In this document: piece by piece, positions 55,669 through 64,000 of the stretch
How positions within the stretch are numbered: position 1 is the first letter of the stretch
How the letters are laid out: every line of letters begins with the position of its first letter
Source: a virus
Taxonomy: Duplodnaviria; Caudoviricetes
Virus record (IMG/VR): IMGVR_UViG_3300025890_003315
Span: 1 to 64,000 of that record
DNA: 64,000 nucleotides
Direction: 5' to 3' (one strand)
Translations under genes and position numbers: made by a program
The notes under the pieces: model-generated
What the model was told of the DNA's origin: nothing
What the model saw: only the letters and a program-made list of their open reading frames with translations
The model's database searches: none

Positions 55669-56569
55669 TGTTAAAGAAATTTTAACATCTATTGGTTATA
55701 GACTCAGAGATGTCGGTAGAGAATTCAGAACCAAGCCTCTTTACAGGGATTCTGATAGCGACAATGTTCTTAGTATCAAAAAGGATACTGGTTATTGGTA
55801 TGATTTTAAAACAAATCAGCACGGCTCTTTTGACAAGTTAATCAAGATAACCCTCAATCTCGATGATGCAAAAGCTGAAGAGTATCTAAAGAATAGAAAT
55901 TGGCAATATGAGTCTTCTGGTATCGAGAAAGAGAAACTGGAAGAATTAAAGATCTTCCCTTCAGAACTTTTAGACAAGCTTGAAAAAGATCATTCTTACT
56001 GGTTGACTAGAAATATCAACGAAGAGACTGTCAGCGTATTTGAAGGCGGTGTAGCCAAAGAAGGAAGAATGAAAGACCGATATGTGCTTCCTATTTTCAA
56101 TTCTAAAAAGCAGATAGTAGGTTTTACTGGTAGGGATCTCACCGGAACAAAAAAAGCCAAATGGAAGCATCTGGGAGACAAATCTAAGTGGGTTTACCCT
56201 CTTTACTTTAATAAAAAAGAAGTCTTAAACGCAAAAAGCGTCATATTGGTAGAAAGTGTTGGTGACATGCTATCCCTTTGGCAATCTGGAGTCAAAAATT
56301 CCGCTGTTACTTTTGGTCTAGATATAAACAACTCTCTTTTAAATCTGTTCATTAGAATGGATTTGGATACTATTTATATATCTTTTAACAATGATGAAAA
56401 CCAAGCTGGAAATCAAGCGGCTAAAAAACTTTATTTTAAACTTTTAAAATTCTTTGATAAAAATCAAATCAAAGTAGCTTTACCTACCAAAAATGATTTT
56501 GGTGAAATGAATAAGGACGAAATAGGACAATGGCTGAAAGCAAAAAATATCTATCTGCCTCAAGGATAA
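55658..56569 (+). CDS. dnaG: DNA primase (TOPRIM)
   Basis: TTG start; RYVLPIFNSKKQIVGFTGRDL, ILVESVGDMLSL, SFNNDENQAG. Confidence 0.85.
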   Translation: METNVKEILTSIGYRLRDVGREFRTKPLYRDSDSDNVLSIKKDTGYWYDFKTNQHGSFDKLIKITLNLDDAKAEEYLKNRNWQYESSGIEKEKLEELKIFPSELLDKLEKDHSYWLTRNINEETVSVFEGGVAKEGRMKDRYVLPIFNSKKQIVGFTGRDLTGTKKAKWKHLGDKSKWVYPLYFNKKEVLNAKSVILVESVGDMLSLWQSGVKNSAVTFGLDINNSLLNLFIRMDLDTIYISFNNDENQAGNQAAKKLYFKLLKFFDKNQIKVALPTKNDFGEMNKDEIGQWLKAKNIYLPQG

Positions 56570-57579
56570 AAACTCTCAAAGGTTGTAGCTGGCAGTATTA
56601 CTGTAAATATGTTTTGAAGTTGCCAGAAGAAGGCAACTCTGGAGCAGACAGAGGTACAACGTGCCATGCTGTGCTGGAATGCCTGACAAATAAAAGGCAC
56701 TCTAGGCATTTCAATAAAATTGTAAAAGCTCAAACTATCACTGCTTCAAAAGCTGTGACAAGAATGGTCAATATTTATTTGAAAAAATTCAAATTGATAG
56801 ACGACGAAAATGAAGATCATTTTGAAATGTGCGATCAAATGATCGTTGTTGGACTCAATGAGGACTTCCTAGGAAAAGGCGGCTCTCATCCAATTGCAGA
56901 AACTGATTTCAAATTAGAGAAAGACGATTATAGCATACTAGGTTTTATTGACAAAACAGTGTTCTACAAAAAAGGAACAGAAGCAATAATTACAGACTAT
57001 AAAACTAGCAAAAGAAAATTTGAAGGAGAAGATTTAAACAATAATGTTCAAGCCAAATCTTATGTTCTAGCGGCCAAACAAATGTGGCCTAAGTTAAAAA
57101 GCGTTAAAGTTAAATTTTTGTTTTTAAAATTCCCAGATGACCCAGAAATAGTAATGGAGTTTTCTGAGGACGAATTAAATAACTTTCAGGATATCCTTCC
57201 AAAGTATTATAAGCAAATAAACAACTTTGATTATGAACAAGCTATTTCTAATTTTGCTGTTGACCAAGGCTACCCAGCAAAAAACGAAGGCTTCTGCAAA
57301 AATTTGAAGTGTGGTAGAGCAGAATACCCCGGCCATCTTAAAAAAGATGGCTCGATTATGTGGCATTGTTCATTCAAATTTCCTTTCGAATATTTTGTTG
57401 TCAAAGACCAAAAAGGTGGTATAGTAAGAACAGAACTTCACTCTGAGGCAGTAATGGACATTCCAGATGACCATTCTGTTTCTATTATGAAGTATCTCGG
57501 TTGCCCAAGATTCAAAAAAGATGAATTCTTGAAAGACGACGGTGACGACGAAAAAAAACTTGACGAATTCCTAGATTGA
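56530..57579 (+). CDS. PD-(D/E)XK exonuclease (RecB/Cas4-like)
   Basis: LSASRIKTLKGCSWQYY, GTTCHAVLE, GFIDK, ITDYKTSK. Confidence 0.85.
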   Translation: MAESKKYLSASRIKTLKGCSWQYYCKYVLKLPEEGNSGADRGTTCHAVLECLTNKRHSRHFNKIVKAQTITASKAVTRMVNIYLKKFKLIDDENEDHFEMCDQMIVVGLNEDFLGKGGSHPIAETDFKLEKDDYSILGFIDKTVFYKKGTEAIITDYKTSKRKFEGEDLNNNVQAKSYVLAAKQMWPKLKSVKVKFLFLKFPDDPEIVMEFSEDELNNFQDILPKYYKQINNFDYEQAISNFAVDQGYPAKNEGFCKNLKCGRAEYPGHLKKDGSIMWHCSFKFPFEYFVVKDQKGGIVRTELHSEAVMDIPDDHSVSIMKYLGCPRFKKDEFLKDDGDDEKKLDEFLD

Positions 57580-57595
57580 AATAATAATACAAAAT

Positions 57596-58342
57596 ATGCT
57601 TTGCCTCCCATTATTCAAGAGTCACTTTTCTTTTGGAAGAAGCATCTTGACATTAGAAAATAAAGAAGAGAATACAGATAATTTTCCAGATTCCATTTTT
57701 CCGCTTCTAAATCAAGCGCAATTAAAGGAACTCTTTTTGGTGGAGGATCATTTCTCTGGATTTCTACAAGCTAATAAAAACTGCGCAGACTTGGATATCA
57801 AGCTTAATTATGGCCTAAGATTTACTGTTTGCGACGATTTCAAAAATAAAAACGAAGACAGCTTAAACTCAAACAGCAAGGTTATAGTTTTTGCTAAAAA
57901 CCTTAAAGGCTACAAAAGACTTGTCAAGCTTTATACTCACGCAAGCACAGAGGGTTTCTATTATGAACCTAGAACAGACTGGAGGGTCTTGCAAAAAATT
58001 TGGAGTGACAAAGACTTGTTGATGGCATTTCCATTTTACGACTCTTACGTATTCAATAATCTTCTCACCAATAAAATTTGTCAGCCAGATTTGTTTACAG
58101 ATCATTTTTATTTCCACGAAGATAATGACTTGCCATTTGACGATATCGTGTCAAACAAACTCAACTCTATGGACGTAAATTTGATTAACGCGAAATCTAT
58201 TTATTATGCTAAAAAAAATGACTTTCCAGCATATCTAACATTTAGATGCATGAGCAAGCGGACGACACTGAGTAAACCAAACTTTGAACATATGAGCAGC
58301 GACGAATTCTGCTTTGAAAGCTGGAGGCAAGCAAATGGATGA
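57596..58342 (+). CDS. DNA polymerase III alpha, stand-alone N-terminal PHP part
   Basis: LFKSHFSFGRS, LFLVEDH, LNYGLRF, FAKNLKGYKRLVKLYT. Confidence 0.85.
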   Translation: MLCLPLFKSHFSFGRSILTLENKEENTDNFPDSIFPLLNQAQLKELFLVEDHFSGFLQANKNCADLDIKLNYGLRFTVCDDFKNKNEDSLNSNSKVIVFAKNLKGYKRLVKLYTHASTEGFYYEPRTDWRVLQKIWSDKDLLMAFPFYDSYVFNNLLTNKICQPDLFTDHFYFHEDNDLPFDDIVSNKLNSMDVNLINAKSIYYAKKNDFPAYLTFRCMSKRTTLSKPNFEHMSSDEFCFESWRQANG

Positions 58343-58976
58343 TCATCTTTTAAGATTTGCTAAAGATAAAAAGTTCACATTCATTGATTGTGAGACTTTT
58401 AACTTGTGCTTAAACGAATGCAACAATCTTCCTTGGCAGGTTGCCGTAATCGAGACTCTTGGCGCAGAAAAAATTGAAGAGAAACATGATTTTTATCTTG
58501 ATTGGGACACAGACTTAACGATTTCTGAAGAAGCTAAAAAAATCACAAGATTCAGTCAAACAAAGTTTGACGAGAGAAAAATCTCTGCTGAAATTTGCGC
58601 TAAAAAAATTTATTCAATTTTAAATAACTCTGATTATATTTTAGGGCATAACCTTCTTGGTTTTGATGTTTACTTGCTCCGAATTGTTTTTTCTAAATTT
58701 GGCTTGGATTGGAAATTTATGATGCCAAAGATTTTAGATACACTTGCCTTAATGAAGGGTATTCGTTTGGAGTCTAAATACAGCAAGGATGTTGACCTAT
58801 TGACTTTTCAATACAAACAGATTCATACAATCAAAAAGAATTTAAAGTGTTCTTTGGGAGTGTTAGGAAAAGAGTTTGATATAAAGCACAATTATGATAG
58901 TTTGCATGATGCGTTAGTAGATTTGGAGCTAAATTTGAAAGTGTGGAATAAAATCAAGTATTTAATTGAAATATGA
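58335..58976 (+). CDS. dnaQ: DEDDh 3'-5' exonuclease (DnaQ/epsilon-like)
   Basis: IDCET, GHNLLGFD, ILDTL, HDALVD; start at MDDHLL. Confidence 0.88.
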   Translation: MDDHLLRFAKDKKFTFIDCETFNLCLNECNNLPWQVAVIETLGAEKIEEKHDFYLDWDTDLTISEEAKKITRFSQTKFDERKISAEICAKKIYSILNNSDYILGHNLLGFDVYLLRIVFSKFGLDWKFMMPKILDTLALMKGIRLESKYSKDVDLLTFQYKQIHTIKKNLKCSLGVLGKEFDIKHNYDSLHDALVDLELNLKVWNKIKYLIEI

Positions 58977-61525
58977 TAAAGCAATTTAGAAAAAGTTTTA
59001 GTGGAGTAAAACTCCCAATCAATGGAGTTAGGCTTCCTGCATTCGAAGTCGAGCAAAAATATCTTGATAAAATTAGCACAGAAGATAAAGTCTCTAACTT
59101 TGTTTTTCTACAAAGACTTTGCTTGAAAGGTTTAAAAGAAAAAGGGCTAGAAAAAAACGAAAAGTATCTTGAAAGACTAAGGCATGAGCTTAAAACTCTT
59201 CATGAGCTAAGTTTTACGGATTATATTCTTTTAGTCTGGGACGTAATTAATTTTTGCAAAGACAATGACATTCCTGTAGGTCTTGGTCGCGGAAGTGCCG
59301 CTGGCAGTCTGACGCTATATTGCATTGGGGTCACTGGTATCGATCCTGTAAAATACGACTTGTTTTTTGAGAGATTCGTCTCAAAAACTAGAGCTAAAAA
59401 ACAGGTGATTGATGGAGTTGCTTATCTTGATGGATCTTTGATGGTTGACGTTGACCTCGACATCTGTTATTACAACAGACCAAGAGTTCTTGAGTATATC
59501 AAGACAAAGTTTAAAGGTAATACAAGTAAAATTCTTACTCTAAATACTTTGTCAGGAAAACTTCTGATGAAGGAGTGCGGAAAAATTGTTGATGAAAAAG
59601 AAGAATCAGAGATGAACCATGTAACATCTTTGATCCCAAAGGTATTTGGAAAAGTTAAAGATATTGAAGAAGCGTGTGAAGAAGTAGAAGAGTTTTCTGA
59701 ATGGTGCCAAAACAACCCGCGCACTTTTAGGATAGCCAAAAAATTAAAAGGGTTAAATAAAAATCGAGGAGTACACGCATCAGGAATGCTTGTGTCTTAT
59801 GATAAGCTCGTAAACCAATGCCCTACGGAATTAGATTCGTCTAAAGCAGTTGTATCATCTTATGATATGAATTGGGTTTCTCTCATCAACGTGAAACTCG
59901 ATCTACTTGGACTCAGGAGCGTCTCTGTCGTCAATGAAGCTTGTAAGTTGATCGGGATTACTCCTGCTGATATTGATTTTAATTGTCCAGAAATTTACTC
60001 TAATCTTCAGGAGCTTTTGGCTCCACACGGTCTATTCCAGATTGAAGCCGATACAAACTACAAGGTTTGTAAAACTGTCAAGCCTCGTAACATTGAGCAG
60101 TTGAGCGCGGTTCTTGCTCTCGCTCGCCCCGGCGCACTTGATTACGTAGATAAGTACGCTTCCTATGTAAATACAGGAACTTATGACTCTATTCATCCAT
60201 TTTTCGACGACATTTTGGAGTATACTGGAGGAGTATGCTTGTATCAAGAACAGATGATGAAGATGGCTCATAAAATTGGGTTTACTCTTGATGAAGCAGA
60301 AATTTTAAGGCGTATTGTTGGCAAAAAGAAGGTTGATCAGGTTGCAGAATGGAAAGAGAAAATCTCAGACAAAGTAAAAGACAATAAGTTGCCTACAGAA
60401 GTTGGAGATGTGTTGTGGAAAGTACTTGAAGACTCGGCTAACTACTCTTTCAATAAATCTCACTCTCTAGGATACGCCGCTCTTGCTGCATCTACAATTT
60501 ATTTAAAATTCAAGCATCCAAAAGAATTTTTCTTGGCTTTGTTAAAAATGACTCGCCATGAACCAGATCCAATTGAAGAAATCAACAAGATTAACAGAGA
60601 TTTATCGTTTTTTAACATTGAGTTACTGAAGCCCCATATGGTAAAATCTGATTTGGATTTTAAAATTGAAGGAGATGATATTAGATTCGGTCTTTTGTCT
60701 ATCAAAGGTGTTTCTGATAAGTCAATGGAAAAAATCAATGACTTCAAGTCTGAAAAAAACAACAAGTTTGAAGTATTTGAAGCAGCAAAAGAATGCGGCA
60801 TTAATATTGGCGTTCTGTCTAGCCTTATTCAAGCTGGCGCACTAGACGGATATCCTGTTTCAAGAAGCTACTTGTGTTACGAAGCCCAATTGTGGAATAT
60901 TCTTACCAACAGAGAAAAGGTATTAATGATGGAGGCTGGAGAGCAAGAAGACTACCACGTAGTAAGGACTCTCAAGAAAGTCAAAGAGTTGAAAAACGAA
61001 AAAGGAAAACCTTTCATTAAACCAAGCAGAATCGAAACTATCACCACTAAAGCAAATGGCTACAAAGAAATTTTCGATCAGAATAGAAAGAGCGAAGATT
61101 TTGCAAATTGGTACTATGAAAATATGTTGCTTGGATACTGCTATGGAAAAACTCTTAAAGATATTTTCTCAGAAAAGCACCCAGAACTTCTTACAATCAG
61201 AGAGCTTCAGCAACAACCCAACCGCAGCACGGTTTATACTGTAGTTAGAGTAAAAGAAAGCAAGAGCAGAAAGTCCAAAAAGGGAAACAAATATATTTGG
61301 ATGGATGTCTACGATGAAACTGGCGACCAAGTAGTCATGTTATTCAATGGTAAAAAAGGTCAATTGATGGATATGTGTATTGAGCAAAACAATGGACTAC
61401 CAAAAAAAGACTCTATTTGTATTATCAAGGGAGAAAAGCAAGAAGATACTATGTTCGCAGAGTTGGTAGCCATGCAAAGCAACAAAATTTACACAAAATT
61501 GTCTCAGTTGCAAAATTCTGTTTGA
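58973..61525 (+). CDS. dnaE: DNA polymerase III alpha catalytic subunit lacking the N-terminal PHP
   Basis: GRGSAAGS, LFFERF, DVDLD, GVHASG, KLDLLGL, LYQEQMM, YSFNKSH, C-terminal OB fold. Confidence 0.95.
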   Translation: MIKQFRKSFSGVKLPINGVRLPAFEVEQKYLDKISTEDKVSNFVFLQRLCLKGLKEKGLEKNEKYLERLRHELKTLHELSFTDYILLVWDVINFCKDNDIPVGLGRGSAAGSLTLYCIGVTGIDPVKYDLFFERFVSKTRAKKQVIDGVAYLDGSLMVDVDLDICYYNRPRVLEYIKTKFKGNTSKILTLNTLSGKLLMKECGKIVDEKEESEMNHVTSLIPKVFGKVKDIEEACEEVEEFSEWCQNNPRTFRIAKKLKGLNKNRGVHASGMLVSYDKLVNQCPTELDSSKAVVSSYDMNWVSLINVKLDLLGLRSVSVVNEACKLIGITPADIDFNCPEIYSNLQELLAPHGLFQIEADTNYKVCKTVKPRNIEQLSAVLALARPGALDYVDKYASYVNTGTYDSIHPFFDDILEYTGGVCLYQEQMMKMAHKIGFTLDEAEILRRIVGKKKVDQVAEWKEKISDKVKDNKLPTEVGDVLWKVLEDSANYSFNKSHSLGYAALAASTIYLKFKHPKEFFLALLKMTRHEPDPIEEINKINRDLSFFNIELLKPHMVKSDLDFKIEGDDIRFGLLSIKGVSDKSMEKINDFKSEKNNKFEVFEAAKECGINIGVLSSLIQAGALDGYPVSRSYLCYEAQLWNILTNREKVLMMEAGEQEDYHVVRTLKKVKELKNEKGKPFIKPSRIETITTKANGYKEIFDQNRKSEDFANWYYENMLLGYCYGKTLKDIFSEKHPELLTIRELQQQPNRSTVYTVVRVKESKSRKSKKGNKYIWMDVYDETGDQVVMLFNGKKGQLMDMCIEQNNGLPKKDSICIIKGEKQEDTMFAELVAMQSNKIYTKLSQLQNSV

Positions 61526-61549
61526 CAAAATTGATTAATAATATATAAT
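61522..61549 (+). promoter_or_regulatory. Sigma70 promoter
   Basis: TTGACA-N16-TATAAT, 5 nt before the ATG at 61555. Confidence 0.8.
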
Positions 61550-61554
61550 AAAAT

Positions 61555-62103
61555 ATGATTAATTTTTATAAGCCGAACGCGAAAAAGACGGGTCATGCTT
61601 GCTCATTCCAGTATGCCAAAGATGGAAATTTTTATTTCAGCTTTGCAAAGCAAACAGGGTGGAATGACGCTAATAAAACTGGCTCTTTTAAGTCAAGTGA
61701 CAAGTCTAACTCTGTTAATGGCAAATTGAGTACAACAGAAGTTTGCTCGATAATTGATTCAATTGATTCCAACAGAGAGTTTTCCGCTTTTCATAAATCC
61801 GCAAAGCAAACTCTATCTATCAAATTCGGCCCATACGTCAGAAATGATGAGCAAGTAGGATATACGTTCGCAGTAAACAAAAAGAATGAATCAGGTGAAG
61901 GTAAAGGTTTTTTGATCGGGCTAAATTTTGGAGAAGCAGTTCAAACAAGAGAATATTTAAAAACAGCACTGCAAACTGTTTTCAATGGACAAATTGAAAA
62001 GTCTCAAAACCTTAACTTGAACAATAGAAAACAAGAAATAAAAACGGAGAGTCAAGAAGTCCAAGAAGATCAGGGTCCACAAGAAGATCAATTGGATTTT
62101 TGA
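61555..62103 (+). CDS. Putative single-stranded DNA-binding protein (PC4/Whirly-like)
   Basis: Aromatic beta-rich core (FYKPN...W...FSAFH) and an SSB-like acidic C-terminus EDQLDF, next to the polymerase. Confidence 0.5.
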   Translation: MINFYKPNAKKTGHACSFQYAKDGNFYFSFAKQTGWNDANKTGSFKSSDKSNSVNGKLSTTEVCSIIDSIDSNREFSAFHKSAKQTLSIKFGPYVRNDEQVGYTFAVNKKNESGEGKGFLIGLNFGEAVQTREYLKTALQTVFNGQIEKSQNLNLNNRKQEIKTESQEVQEDQGPQEDQLDF

Positions 62104-62104
62104 T

Positions 62105-64000
62105 ATGTCCAAATTAAAGGTTCTTTATCATAGCGATAACTCTTTAGCTAAGACGGGCTTTGGTCGAGTATCCAAAGCTCTTCTTAGTTATTTGTACAAG
62201 ACTGACAAATATGAGATTCATCAGTATTGCTGCGGAACGCATGAAGCGCATCCAGATTTGGTGAGAACTCCTTGGAAAAGCCGCGGCTGTTTACCTGCTG
62301 ATCAAAATCAAATAAATGAACTGAACAAAGATCCTCAAGTCGCTCGCCAAGCCAGTTATGGAGCGAACCTTCTTGATAAAGCTATAGAAGAAATAAAACC
62401 AGATGTATATATTGCGACACAAGACATTTGGGGTGTTGATTATGCTATTGATCGTCCTTGGTTTAAAAAAATTAATAGCGTAATTTGGACTACGTTAGAC
62501 TCTCTTCCAATTCTTCCTTCTGCTGTTGAAGCCTCTAAAAAAGTTGACAATTTTTGGGTGTGGAGTAATTTTGCAGAAAAAGAACTGCATAAAATGGGTC
62601 GTACAAATGTTAAAACAATACACGGATGTATTGACTCAAGCCCATTCTTTAAATATGAACAACAAAGAAAACTTGAGTTAAGAAAAAAATTTAATATAGA
62701 CCCAAATGATTTTGTTATTGGATTTGTATTCAGGAATCAATTAAGAAAATCTGTGCCAAATCTTTTGGAAGGTTTTTCTAAATTTAAAAAAAGAACAACT
62801 TCAAAAACAAAACTTTTACTTCATACACATTTTTCCGAAGGTTGGGATATCCCACGCCTTATGGAACAATATGGAGTAGATCAATCTGACGTTCTTACTA
62901 CTTATATTTGTAAGAATTGCAAGAACTATTTTGTTCACACATTTGTTGGGCAAGAGAAACAATGCCCGATGTGCAAGTCTGAAAAAGCTTTATCCACAAC
63001 AAGTACAGGGCTTGGCGTTACTGAAGATCAACTCGCAGATATTTATAATTTAATGGACGTTTACTGCCACCCATTCACTAGTGGGGGTCAAGAAATTCCT
63101 ATTCAAGAAGCAAAACTTTGTGAGCTTATTACTCTTGTCACAAATTATTCGTGCGGAGAAGAAATGTGCGAAGATAAAGACGGTAGCCTTGAGTTGGATT
63201 GGTCTAAATATACCGAACATGGAACGCAGTTTATCAAAGCTTCAACACGCCCAGAGTCTATCTGCAAACAGCTAACAAAAATTTTTAAGTTAGACGAAAA
63301 GAAAAAAACACAAAGAGGAGCGAAAGCGAGGCAATGGGCGTTGGACAACTTTTCTGCACAAAATGTTGGAGCAAAATTTGAGCAGTTTTTAGATAATTGC
63401 CAAAAAATCAATTATGATTTTTCTATTAAAAAAGAAAATAATCAAAACCCAGATGCAGAAGTAAAAGATATTGCTGACAATGGAGAGTGGCTGATTCATT
63501 TGTACAATGATATTTTAGCAATGAAAGTCGATCAAAATGATGATGGACATAAACATTGGATGACGCAGCTAGAAAGAGGAATGGATAGGGCCACAATTGT
63601 GGATTACTTCAGAAAGGTTGCTCAAAATGATATCAATAAAAACAAGCAGATAGATTTTGCGGAACTTTTAGACAAAGATGATGAAGGGAAAAGGATTTTA
63701 TATGTGATGCCAGAAAGCATTGGGGACGTTTATATGTCCACTGCTCTTTTTAAAAATATCAAAAATCTTTATCCAGATTATAATTTGTACGTTGCTACAA
63801 AACCAGAGTATCACCAAATACTAGAGGGAAACCCTTATATTCATAAAACCATTCCTTTTGTAGAACAAATGAACAATATTTTATGGCTAGAAGGTCAAGG
63901 CGAACACAATGGATATTTTGAAGTAGCTTATTTGCCACACGTAGGCACCCAAAAGATCTTCGACTATCAGCATAACGGTAAAGATAAAATCGAATTTGAC
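62105..64000 (+). CDS. Partial multidomain glycosyltransferase (GT4-like + Zn ribbon + helical linker + GT9-like)
   Basis: Open to the window end: KTGFGRVS, GFVFRNQLRKS, CKNC...CPMC, PFTSGGQEIPIQEA, then RILYVMPESIGDVYMSTALFKNIKNLYPD. Confidence 0.85.
   Translation, partial: MSKLKVLYHSDNSLAKTGFGRVSKALLSYLYKTDKYEIHQYCCGTHEAHPDLVRTPWKSRGCLPADQNQINELNKDPQVARQASYGANLLDKAIEEIKPDVYIATQDIWGVDYAIDRPWFKKINSVIWTTLDSLPILPSAVEASKKVDNFWVWSNFAEKELHKMGRTNVKTIHGCIDSSPFFKYEQQRKLELRKKFNIDPNDFVIGFVFRNQLRKSVPNLLEGFSKFKKRTTSKTKLLLHTHFSEGWDIPRLMEQYGVDQSDVLTTYICKNCKNYFVHTFVGQEKQCPMCKSEKALSTTSTGLGVTEDQLADIYNLMDVYCHPFTSGGQEIPIQEAKLCELITLVTNYSCGEEMCEDKDGSLELDWSKYTEHGTQFIKASTRPESICKQLTKIFKLDEKKKTQRGAKARQWALDNFSAQNVGAKFEQFLDNCQKINYDFSIKKENNQNPDAEVKDIADNGEWLIHLYNDILAMKVDQNDDGHKHWMTQLERGMDRATIVDYFRKVAQNDINKNKQIDFAELLDKDDEGKRILYVMPESIGDVYMSTALFKNIKNLYPDYNLYVATKPEYHQILEGNPYIHKTIPFVEQMNNILWLEGQGEHNGYFEVAYLPHVGTQKIFDYQHNGKDKIEFD

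Noticed and set aside
56530-57579. CRISPR-associated Cas4
   Set aside because: No cas1/cas2 or array; this is a typical phage replication/recombination exonuclease context.
36997-61525. Inteins or introns in nrdJ, dnaB or dnaE
   Set aside because: Lengths are normal and no intein or homing-endonuclease insertion motifs were seen.
1-64000. Alternative genetic code (TAG/TGA recoding), as in some large phages
   Set aside because: Conserved genes (nrdJ, dnaB, dnaE, gpJ) are full length in code 11, and TAA, TGA and TAG all end genes at expected positions.

Overview
AT-rich fragment of a large tailed dsDNA phage read in the standard genetic code. No integrase, rRNA, tRNA or CRISPR array was seen. 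About 1-27.5 kb is a long non-contractile tail module: fibre/lectin-like genes, neck and tail-completion genes, a major tail tube protein, two chaperone-like ORFs, a 2071-aa tape measure, and a lambda-like M-L-K-I-J tip cassette inverted relative to the tape measure. About 27.5-39.7 kb holds accessory, transcription and nucleotide genes: outer-membrane beta-barrel, HNH, dUTPase, Hsp20, dNMP kinase, phage sigma factor and class II RNR. About 39.8-51.8 kb is a glycan island with several glycosyltransferases, GDP-mannose dehydratase, and a set of RfbH, 4,6-dehydratase, ThDP enzyme, DmpF/DmpG and a reductase. I infer that this set makes a C4-branched, erwiniose-type higher-carbon sugar. About 52-64 kb is the replisome: RecA, DnaB, primase, a Pol III alpha split into three genes in PolC-like order, an SSB-like gene, and a multidomain glycosyltransferase that runs off the window. 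Three promoter classes are visible: sigma70, one consensus sigma54 site, and a recurrent GTGTAA element before structural genes. All annotations come from motif recognition by eye; no database searches were run.
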